Made by a program: the position numbers and the translations under genes
The notes under the pieces: generated by a model
Seen by the model: the letters and a program-made list of their open reading frames with translations, nothing else
Told to the model about the DNA's origin: nothing
The model's database searches: none
Part shown: positions 57,028-64,000 of the stretch, one piece after another
Position numbering within the stretch: the first letter of the stretch is position 1
Layout of the letters: each line of letters begins with the position of its first letter
Assembly: GCA_040880745.1 (NCBI GenBank)
Contig: JBBDHX010000035.1
Location: 14,068 to 78,067, forward strand
Origin: Actinomycetota bacterium
Lineage (GTDB): Bacteria > Actinomycetota > UBA4738 > HRBIN12
DNA length: 64,000 bases
Direction: 5' to 3'

Positions 57028-57741
57028 ATGGCTCGATCCGACCCTGCCAACACCGCCGGGACCCCGGCGCACGTGCTCTCGCCGCTCGCCATCCAGCAGA
57101 AGGAGTTCCGCGTGTCGAGGCTCGGCGGGTACAAGATGCGCGACGTCGATGCGTTCCTGGACGAGGTGACCGAGGCGGTCGGCGCGATGCAGGCGGAGAT
57201 CCAGCGGCTGCGGTCGCAGCCCGGGGCTCCGGTGCTCGGCACGCCCGACCTCGATGACGTGGCCCGCCAGGCGGACGAGATCATCGCGCGGGCGCGCGAG
57301 GAGGCAGCGCGGATCACCACGGGAGCCCACGCCACGGTGGCGGCGGCCGTCGCCGGGTCATCGGACCAGGGTGAGGTCGTGCGTCCGTTCCTGACGCAGG
57401 AGCGCGCCTTCCTCCAGGATCTGGCGGCGCTCGTGCAGACGCACGCGGAGTCCGTGAAATCGATGGCCAAGGCCGCGAGGATGCCGTCTGCTGGACCCGT
57501 CGGGCAGCACGGCGACGAGCGCGGGGAGGAGCGCGGGGTCGAGGCAGAAGAGGCGGAGACGCCGCATGCTCCCGAGCCAGACGAGGACCAGGGACCTGCC
57601 GGCGCGCCGCCGGCCGACGCGGACGCGACCATCCGCCTGCAGGGGGCCGTGACCGGCGTGGACGACACCGCCGATGGATCGCTGCGGGAGCTGTTCTGGG
57701 GTGGCGATGCTCAGGAGCGCGTCACGCCCTCCGAAGGGTGA
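57028..57741 (+). CDS. divIVA: DivIVA-domain protein (Wag31-like)
   Basis: 'LSPLAIQQKEFRVSRLGGYKMRDVDAFLDEV' is the DivIVA N-terminal domain. It is followed by coiled-coil and low-complexity regions. Confidence 0.85.
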   Translation: MARSDPANTAGTPAHVLSPLAIQQKEFRVSRLGGYKMRDVDAFLDEVTEAVGAMQAEIQRLRSQPGAPVLGTPDLDDVARQADEIIARAREEAARITTGAHATVAAAVAGSSDQGEVVRPFLTQERAFLQDLAALVQTHAESVKSMAKAARMPSAGPVGQHGDERGEERGVEAEEAETPHAPEPDEDQGPAGAPPADADATIRLQGAVTGVDDTADGSLRELFWGGDAQERVTPSEG

Positions 57742-60700
57742 GCGTCACGTCGTCGTCGTCGATCGTCGCTTCGCGACGGTGAAGCGCGTCGCTCAGATCC
57801 TCGTCCTCGACGCTCAGAGCGAGCGTCTCGCTCGCGATGAGCGCCATATGCGCTCGCACGGCCGCAGCGACCGGACCGGTGATGCCGACCACGATCCGGT
57901 CGCCCACGGCGAGGCCAGCATCCTTCCGGGCCTCTTGGATGAGCCGGATGACCTCGCGAGCTCGTCCTTCGCTCACGAGGTCGGGGGTGAGCGCGAGCTC
58001 GAGCGCGACCGTGGTCCCCGAGCCCGATGCGACGCCCCACCCCTCGGCCACCTCCTGGGCGAGCTCCACATCTTCGGGGGCGATCACGACGGGCGGCCCG
58101 TCGTCGATGCGGAGCTCGACTCGCCGGCCGGCAGCGAGATCGCCCGCCACGGCCGCGTCGTCCAACGCCCTGGCGAGTGACTTCACGCGAGGTCCCAGCC
58201 GGGGTCCGAGGATCTTGAAGTTGGGTTTGGCTCGCCACCGTCCGAACGCCTCGGCCGACGCCGCGATCCGGACCTCGCGCACGTTCAACTCCTCCGCCAC
58301 CAACCCGAGCACGGCGTCGATCCCCGGCGGCTGCCCCGTGAGATGCACCACCGCGTGGCTGAGCGGCTGCCGTGTGCGCACCTTGGTCTCGACGCGCACG
58401 CGGCGCCCCAGCTCCACGATCTGCCGTGCCGCGTCCATCGCCCCGTCCAGTTCGGGATCGATGTCCGCGTCGTGCGCGAGCGGGTACGCGGACAGGTGCA
58501 CAGAGTCGGGTTGGCCGCCACGACCCGCTGCGAGGTTGCGCCACAGGGCCTCGGTCACGAACGGGGTGAAGGGCGCCATCAGCTGGGCGAGGGTGATCAG
58601 GCACTCCCAGAGCGTTGCGAACGCCGCGTCGCTGTCGCGACCGCCTTCGCCATCGGGGTTCCAGAACCGTCGCCGGGACCTGCGCACGTACCAGTTGGAG
58701 AGATCGTCCAAGAAGGCCAGCATCCTCCGGCCGGCGCCCGTCGCGTCGTACCCGTCGAGACGTTCGCGCGCCTCGCGAACGGTCCCCGCCAGGCGTGAAC
58801 GGATCCACCGGTCCATGACCGACCGCTCGGCCATCGGGGGCGTCCCGGTGGTCATCGGGTCATAACCGCTGGCGTTCGCGTACGTCACGAAGAACGCATA
58901 CGTGTTCCAGAGCGGCAGCAACAACTGCCGCACGCCCTCGTCCAGGATCTCGTGACCGAGGCGGCGCGGTTCCCAGGGCGAACCGCTCGTGATCATCCAC
59001 CACCGCAGCGCATCTGCGCCCTGGCGGTCCAACGCCTCCCACGGGTCGAACTGGTTGCCGAGCGACTTCGACATCTTCCTGCCGTCCTCGGCGACGATGT
59101 GGCCCAGGCACACCACGTTGCGGTACGCCGTGGAGTCGAAATGCAGCACGCCCTCGGCCATCAGGGTGTAGAACCACCCGCGCGTCTGGTCGATCGCCTC
59201 GGAGATGAAGTCCGCCGGGAACATCGACGCGAACTCCTCGACGCCTCTGCCGAGGTCCGGTTGGTATCCCCATTGCGCGAACGGCATGGCGCCGGAGTCG
59301 TACCAGGTGTCGATCACCTCGGGGACGCGGGTGGACACGCCCCCGCAGACGGGGCACGCGATCGTGATCTCGTCGATGAAGGGCCGGTGCGGATCCACAC
59401 CCGTCACGTCACGGCCCGCGTGTGCGGAGAGCTCCTGCAGCGAACCGATCGCCGTCTCGTGACCCTGCTCGCAGACCCAGATCGGCAACGGCGTTCCCCA
59501 GTATCGCTCGCGCGAGAGCGCCCAATCGACGTTGTTCTCGAGCCAGTCGCCGTAGCGGCCCTCCCGGATGTGCTCGGGGTACCAGTTCACCGCGGCGTTG
59601 ACCTCGAGCAGCCGGTCCTTCACGGCGGTCGTCCGCACGTACCAGGACGTCCGGGCGTAGTTCAGGAGCGGCGTCGCGCAGCGCCAGCAGAACGGGTACG
59701 CGTGCTCGTAGGCGTCCTCCCTCCACAGGAGACCTCGCTCCAGCAGGTCATCCAGGATCGGCCGGTCGGCATCCTTGACGAACGAGCCGCGGATGAACGC
59801 CGGACCCTCCTCGGTGAAGCGACCGTCATCGCCCACCGGTTTCCAGACGGGCCAGCCCTGGGCCCGTCCGATGGCCAGGTCTTCAGGGCCGAACGCGGGC
59901 GCCAGGTGCACGATGCCGGTCCCGTCTTGCATCGAGACGAACGACGCCGCCACGACGGTGTGCGCGTCTTCGACGTTGGGATAAGGGGGGGCATAGCGGA
60001 GGCCGACCAGGTCCGCACCACGGATCGTGCGCTCGGGCGAGGCGTCACCGACGACGCTTCCGGCGAGGCCGGCGGCGAGGATGAGCCGTTCCCCGCCCGT
60101 CTTCACCTCGACGTACGACGCGTCGGCGTCGATCGCGACGCCGGTGTTCGCCGGGAGCGTCCACGGCGTCGTCGTCCACACGAGCAAGGAGGCCCCGATC
60201 AGGCTCGGGTCCGCGGCGTCTGCGATCGGGAACCGGACGAACGTGCTCGGATCCGTGACGGTCTGGTAACCCTGCGCGACCTCGGCGTCAGACAGGGCGG
60301 TGCCGCACCGGGGGCAGTACGCCGTGACCTTGTGGTCCTGCACCAGGAGCCCGCGCTGATGCAGGCGCTGCAACGACCACCACACGGACTCGATGTAGGG
60401 CGTCGACATCGTCCAGTACGCGTCCGACATGTCGATCCAGAACCCGATCCGATCGGTGAGCCGTTCGAAATCGCCCACGTACCGCTGGACCGAGGCCCGG
60501 CAGAGCTCGTTGAACCGCGCCACGCCGTAGGCCTCGATGTCTCGCTTCCCCGTGCTGCCGATCTCCTTCTCGGCTTCGAGTTCGACCGGCAACCCGTGAC
60601 AGTCCCAGCCGGCCTTGCGCCGTACGCGGTGGCCCGTCATCGTCTTGAAGCGTGGGTAGACGTCCTTGAAGGTGCGGGGCTCGACGTGGTGGATGCCCGG

Positions 60701-60868
60701 GCGGCCGTTGGCGGTGGGAGGTCCCTCGTAGAAGATCCACTCCGGGGCGTCCTCACGAGCGGCGACGGAACGGGCGAAGATGCCCGCCTCTTTCCACCAG
60801 GCCGCGATCTGCTCCTCGAGTTCGGGGAAGCGGACCTTGAGATCAACGGGCTCGAACGCGGTGGTCAT
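57722..60868 (-). CDS. ileS: Isoleucine--tRNA ligase (type 2)
   Basis: 1048 aa. It has 'PPTANGRPGIHH' (HIGH), 'KMSKSLGN' (KMSKS) and the editing domain. AAGGAGG lies upstream of ATG 60868. Confidence 0.97.
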   Translation of the reverse strand: MTTAFEPVDLKVRFPELEEQIAAWWKEAGIFARSVAAREDAPEWIFYEGPPTANGRPGIHHVEPRTFKDVYPRFKTMTGHRVRRKAGWDCHGLPVELEAEKEIGSTGKRDIEAYGVARFNELCRASVQRYVGDFERLTDRIGFWIDMSDAYWTMSTPYIESVWWSLQRLHQRGLLVQDHKVTAYCPRCGTALSDAEVAQGYQTVTDPSTFVRFPIADAADPSLIGASLLVWTTTPWTLPANTGVAIDADASYVEVKTGGERLILAAGLAGSVVGDASPERTIRGADLVGLRYAPPYPNVEDAHTVVAASFVSMQDGTGIVHLAPAFGPEDLAIGRAQGWPVWKPVGDDGRFTEEGPAFIRGSFVKDADRPILDDLLERGLLWREDAYEHAYPFCWRCATPLLNYARTSWYVRTTAVKDRLLEVNAAVNWYPEHIREGRYGDWLENNVDWALSRERYWGTPLPIWVCEQGHETAIGSLQELSAHAGRDVTGVDPHRPFIDEITIACPVCGGVSTRVPEVIDTWYDSGAMPFAQWGYQPDLGRGVEEFASMFPADFISEAIDQTRGWFYTLMAEGVLHFDSTAYRNVVCLGHIVAEDGRKMSKSLGNQFDPWEALDRQGADALRWWMITSGSPWEPRRLGHEILDEGVRQLLLPLWNTYAFFVTYANASGYDPMTTGTPPMAERSVMDRWIRSRLAGTVREARERLDGYDATGAGRRMLAFLDDLSNWYVRRSRRRFWNPDGEGGRDSDAAFATLWECLITLAQLMAPFTPFVTEALWRNLAAGRGGQPDSVHLSAYPLAHDADIDPELDGAMDAARQIVELGRRVRVETKVRTRQPLSHAVVHLTGQPPGIDAVLGLVAEELNVREVRIAASAEAFGRWRAKPNFKILGPRLGPRVKSLARALDDAAVAGDLAAGRRVELRIDDGPPVVIAPEDVELAQEVAEGWGVASGSGTTVALELALTPDLVSEGRAREVIRLIQEARKDAGLAVGDRIVVGITGPVAAAVRAHMALIASETLALSVEDEDLSDALHRREATIDDDDVTLTLRRA

Positions 60869-61095
60869 CCTCGGCCTCCTTGGCGCGACGGTTCATCCTC
60901 GGGTGCGAGGACGAGGCGCGTGCCCCGCGGTCCCACCTCGCTTGCGTCCGAGGACGCCGCTCGAAGGCCTGTGGGTGCGGCTCGGGCGTCGCAGCTCTTC
61001 CGAGCTGTTCGATCCGAACCGCACGGCCGACCGCGATCACGGGCGGATCCCGCCTGCGTCTACCGCGGAGCGCGGGTGGATCCCGCGCCCGTTTC
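60869..61095 (-). promoter_or_regulatory. Probable ileS T-box leader (translational, SD-sequestering type)
   Basis: The minus strand reads ...AGGUGGGACCGCGGGG... (plus-strand 60924-60939), matching the T-box core GGUGGNACCGCG. Downstream CCUCGUCCUC can pair with the SD region GAGGCCGAGG. Two upstream hairpins carry GGAUCC with AUC (Ile) near their loops. The 5' boundary is a guess. Confidence 0.65.
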
Positions 61096-61344
61096 GGGCA
61101 GGGGCTCGGGGAGGATGACACCGGGGGCACCGGCACCGGCTCGCACCATCCCGGTTCGCTCACGCCTGGCCGATCCCGGCGCCGCGTTCCCGTCGTCGCC
61201 GATGGCCGCATGCTACACGGCTGACCTGTCCCACGCGCGCTCAGACCACGAACGCCCTCCTGCGAGGGCCTTCGGACCGACGTAGGCCTCCTGACCTGCA
61301 CGGATGACCGCCGCGCGGTATCCGTCTGCTACCCTTCGCCGACC

Positions 61345-61728
61345 ATGGCCGCGGTCAAACTGACGAAACCCGAGATCGCCGAACTGCGCACCCGACTGCT
61401 CGAAGAGCAGTCCGAACTGCAGGCTCAGCTGACCACCATCGAGGACGGCACCTTCGCCGCGTCGCAGTCTGATCTCTCGGGGGATGTCGGCATCGACGAC
61501 GAGTCCGCGGATGCCGGGTCCGCCACGTTCGAGCGCGAGAAGGATCTCTCGATCGAGAACAACGTCCGCGACCTGATGCAGAAGATCGAGCGAGCGCTGA
61601 AGCGGATCGACGACGGCACGTACGGCGTCTGCGAGCGGTGCGGCAAACCCATCGAGAAGGCGCGCGTCAAGGCTCTTCCCTACGTGGACCTCTGCATCAA
61701 GGACGCGCAGGCGCGCTCGCGCCGGTAG
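61345..61728 (+). CDS. DksA/TraR-family zinc-finger protein
   Basis: A coiled-coil N-terminus is followed by 'YGVCERCGKPIEKARVKALPYVDLCIKD'. The second Cys pair is degenerate (C-x2-D). Confidence 0.8.
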   Translation: MAAVKLTKPEIAELRTRLLEEQSELQAQLTTIEDGTFAASQSDLSGDVGIDDESADAGSATFEREKDLSIENNVRDLMQKIERALKRIDDGTYGVCERCGKPIEKARVKALPYVDLCIKDAQARSRR

Positions 61729-61732
61729 CCGC

Positions 61733-62230
61733 GTGGATCCCGGGGTTCGCCGCGGCGCGACGATCCTGCTCGGCACAGCCGGTGGCGCTCTCCTCCTGGA
61801 TCAGGTGACCAAAGCACTCGCCGTCGCGACGCTCCGCGATGGGTCCGTCGACGTGATCCCCGGGGTGCTCACGTTCCGGTTCGCCACCAACACCGGTGGT
61901 GCGTTCTCGCTGTTCTCCTCCGCTCCCTGGTTCTTCGCAGCTGCCAGCATCGTCGTGAGCGTGCTCATCGTGCTGTTCTCGTTCCGAGCCCGTCCGCCCT
62001 CCCAGGCGCTCGCTCTGGGTCTGGTGCTCGGGGGAGCGCTGGGCAACCTCGCGGACCGCGTGTTCCGCGGTCCAGGTCTCGGTGGTGAGGTCGTGGACTT
62101 CATCGACCTGCAGATATGGCCGGTGTTCAACCTCGCCGACTCGGCGATCGTGGTGGGAGCCCTGTGGCTCGGGCTCGCCTCCTTCTCCGGCAGGCGGGGC
62201 GATGCTGCCGGAGCGCCGGCGGATGGCTGA
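61733..62230 (+). CDS. lspA: Lipoprotein signal peptidase II
   Basis: It has four TM helices. 'DQVTK', 'NTGGAFS', 'GGALGNLADR' and 'VVDFID...PVFNLADS' are LspA motifs. Confidence 0.85.
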   Translation: MDPGVRRGATILLGTAGGALLLDQVTKALAVATLRDGSVDVIPGVLTFRFATNTGGAFSLFSSAPWFFAAASIVVSVLIVLFSFRARPPSQALALGLVLGGALGNLADRVFRGPGLGGEVVDFIDLQIWPVFNLADSAIVVGALWLGLASFSGRRGDAAGAPADG

Positions 62231-63113
62231 GCCGCTCGTCGGGGAGCCCGGGCGGCTGGACGCGGTCATCGCTCGACTCATGGATGTTCCTCGGGCCGAC
62301 GTGCAACGAGCGATCGAGGCAGGGCTGGTGCTCGTGGATGGCACGGTGAAGACCAAGTCCCATCGCTTGCTCGGCGGAGAGAGGTTGTCGGTCCGACTGT
62401 TGATGACCGAGGCCCTTCTGCCCGGCGGCGAACCCGTGCCGGTGCGGCTGGAGGACGAGCACCTGCTGGTCATCGCCAAGCCGGCAGGTTTGCCGACCCA
62501 CCCCACGGCCGCCCGGCAGACCGGGACGCTCGTGAACAGCCTCATGGCGATGGGCGTCCCGCTCGCGCCGGCGGGCGGCGCGCTCCGGCCGGGCATCGTG
62601 CACCGCCTCGACGCGGGGACGAGTGGCCTGCTGGTGGTGGCGAAGACCGACGAGGCGTTCACGAAGTTGCAGGCGATGTTCCGTGCGCGGAGCGTGGTTC
62701 GCCGGTACGTGGCGCTGGTCCGCGGCGCGCCGGCCCACGACGTGTTCACGGTGGGGGCCGCGCGCCCCGCCCGCATCGTGGTCGACCGCCTGGAAGGACG
62801 CGCGGCTTCCACCGATGTGCACGTGCGCGAGCGCTTCGCACGCTCTGCGCTGCTCGACGTCGCGCCCCGCACCGGCCGCACGCACCAGATCCGCGTGCAT
62901 CTGGCCGCGGTCGGGCACCCGGTCTTGGGGGACCGGGCCTACGGCGGGAGCGGGGACGACGCGCGGGAGCTGGGGCTCTCGCGGCCGTTCCTGCACGCGG
63001 CCCGTATCTCGTTCGTGCATCCTGTGACCGGAGAAGCGATCGACCTGCAGGAGCCGTTGCCCGGCGATCTCGTGGACGCCCTGAACCGCGCCCGCTCCGA
63101 CCTGCGGCGTTGA
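62223..63113 (+). CDS. rluD: RluA-family 23S rRNA pseudouridine synthase (RluD-like) with an S4 domain
   Basis: 'RLDAVIA....R..VQRAIEAG.V.VDG', 'GIVHRLDAGTSGLLVVAK' and 'TGRTHQIRVHLA' are RluD motifs. The start is ATG 62223 or 62202. Confidence 0.85.
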   Translation: MAEPLVGEPGRLDAVIARLMDVPRADVQRAIEAGLVLVDGTVKTKSHRLLGGERLSVRLLMTEALLPGGEPVPVRLEDEHLLVIAKPAGLPTHPTAARQTGTLVNSLMAMGVPLAPAGGALRPGIVHRLDAGTSGLLVVAKTDEAFTKLQAMFRARSVVRRYVALVRGAPAHDVFTVGAARPARIVVDRLEGRAASTDVHVRERFARSALLDVAPRTGRTHQIRVHLAAVGHPVLGDRAYGGSGDDARELGLSRPFLHAARISFVHPVTGEAIDLQEPLPGDLVDALNRARSDLRR

Positions 63114-63226
63114 CATCCCTCCAGCCCGGCGTAGTCTCGGGGCCCCGGATCACACCGATGTAAGTTCTCCACAGTCCGCCGGGCCGGCTGTGGAAACCCC
63201 TCCCGGAAGGGCCACGACCAGCGCCG

Positions 63227-64000
63227 ATGTCCGACCCGAGTTTCGTCCACCTGCACGTCCACTCCGAGTACTCGCTGCTCGACGGCGCCGCCCGGATCGA
63301 AGCGCCGAGATCCAACCCGCAGGCGGCAACCCTGTTGTCCGAGGCCCAGCGGATGGGGATGCCGGCCTTGGCCATCACCGATCACGGCGCGATGTTCGGG
63401 GCATTGCGGTTCTACGAGGCTGCCCGTGCGGCAGGCGTCACCCCGATCATCGGCGTCGAGGCCTACGTCGCTCCGGGATCTCGCTTCGATCGGACACCCG
63501 GTGAGAGCGCGGAGAAGTACCACCACCTGACCTTGCTGGCGGAGAACGAGACCGGGTATCGCAACCTCTTGCGCCTGGTTTCGTCGGCGTACCTGGAGGG
63601 CTTCTACCACCGCCCGCGCATGGACAAGGCATCGATGGCCGAACATGCAGAAGGGTTGATCTGCTTGTCGGGGTGCCTTTCCTCCGAGATCGGTGTGGCG
63701 CTCGTGGGTGCTCAGCACGACCGCGCCGTCCGCGCGGCGGGGGAGTACAAGGACATCTTCGGTGCGGGGAACTACTACATAGAGTTGCAGGACCACGGGC
63801 TCGCGGATCAGCGGGCTATCTTGCCGCAACAGATCGCTGTGGCCGCCGAGGTCGGCGTTCCCCTGGTGGCGACGAACGACCTGCACTACACCTTGCCGAG
63901 CGATGCGAAACCACACGACGTCTTGCTCTGCATCCAACAGCAGAAGCTGCAGTCTGACCCCAAGCGTCTGCGCTTCGATGCGGAGGAGTTCTACCTGAAG
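63227..64000 (+). CDS. dnaE: DNA polymerase III alpha subunit (replicative DnaE1), 5' part; continues beyond the window
   Basis: This ORF is not in the track because no stop is reached. My own translation from ATG 63227 is MSDPSFVHLHVHSEYSLLDGAARIE...ITDHGAMFGALRFYEAARAAGVTPIIGVEAYV...YHHLTLLAENETGYRNLLRLVS...YYIELQDHG, which is a typical PHP domain. Confidence 0.9.
   Translation, partial: MSDPSFVHLHVHSEYSLLDGAARIEAPRSNPQAATLLSEAQRMGMPALAITDHGAMFGALRFYEAARAAGVTPIIGVEAYVAPGSRFDRTPGESAEKYHHLTLLAENETGYRNLLRLVSSAYLEGFYHRPRMDKASMAEHAEGLICLSGCLSSEIGVALVGAQHDRAVRAAGEYKDIFGAGNYYIELQDHGLADQRAILPQQIAVAAEVGVPLVATNDLHYTLPSDAKPHDVLLCIQQQKLQSDPKRLRFDAEEFYLK

Noticed and set aside
61254-61269. The hairpin GCCCTC-ctgc-GAGGGC in the ileS/dksA-like divergent region as an intrinsic terminator
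   Set aside because: There is no U-tract on either strand, and no upstream gene ends there. It may be part of a leader, but I cannot support any call.

Overview
The window is a very GC-rich, gene-dense chromosomal segment that looks actinobacterial. The lineage hints are a dcw cluster lacking ftsA and ddl, a SepF-YggT-DivIVA block, an ileS leader with a T-box motif, and a TCGAAC-N4-GTTCGA SOS box. I found no rRNA, tRNA, CRISPR array, transposase or integrase.

Layout, left to right:
1. 1-5.4 kb: a folate/C1 block with the 5-formyl-THF cyclo-ligase 3' end, a GcvT-like aminomethyltransferase, glutamate formimidoyltransferase, a cyclodeaminase/cyclohydrolase, a VOC protein and fhs.
2. 5.5-8.0 kb: a cNMP-binding/CBS/DUF294 nucleotidyltransferase-like sensor, start/stop-overlapped with a DEDD exonuclease.
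3. 8.0-14.2 kb: an NAD-type formate dehydrogenase operon (fdhD, a catalytic subunit with an in-frame TGA plus SECIS hairpin, a NuoE-NuoF fusion, a separate Fe-S N-terminal module, mobA).
4. 14.3-20.9 kb: a COG2403 P-loop protein, carbamate kinase, pfkA, threonine aldolase, a sulfite-oxidase-family Mo enzyme and a GT2.
5. 20.9-28.6 kb: a PASTA Ser/Thr kinase, then a minus-strand run that includes UDP-sulfoquinovose synthase and a membrane GT2.
6. 28.7-33.5 kb: a perfect LexA box in front of small ORF-dnaE2-dinB.
7. 33.5-39.8 kb: DUF3040, a MerR-like regulator, the MoxR-DUF58-transglutaminase triad and an HNH endonuclease.
8. 39.9-57.7 kb: the full dcw cluster, mraZ-rsmH-ftsL-ftsI-murE-murF-mraY-murD-ftsW-murG-murC-murB-ftsQ-ftsZ, then yggS-sepF-yggT-divIVA.
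9. 57.7-64.0 kb: ileS, a DksA/TraR-like protein, lspA, rluD and the 5' part of replicative dnaE.

The observations most worth following up are:
- the selenocysteine recoding site in FDH, together with the split and order-permuted alpha subunit;
- the SOS-controlled small-ORF/DnaE2/catalytically intact DinB cassette, which has no ImuA or ImuB;
- the sulfoquinovose-GT2 module;
- a 38-codon membrane ORF (or RNA motif) between mraZ and rsmH;
- an 85-nt rod-like perfect inverted repeat between ftsZ and yggS.

All functional calls come from reading the translated ORFs and remembering family motifs. No database search was run. Many start codons are inferred and could shift by a few codons.
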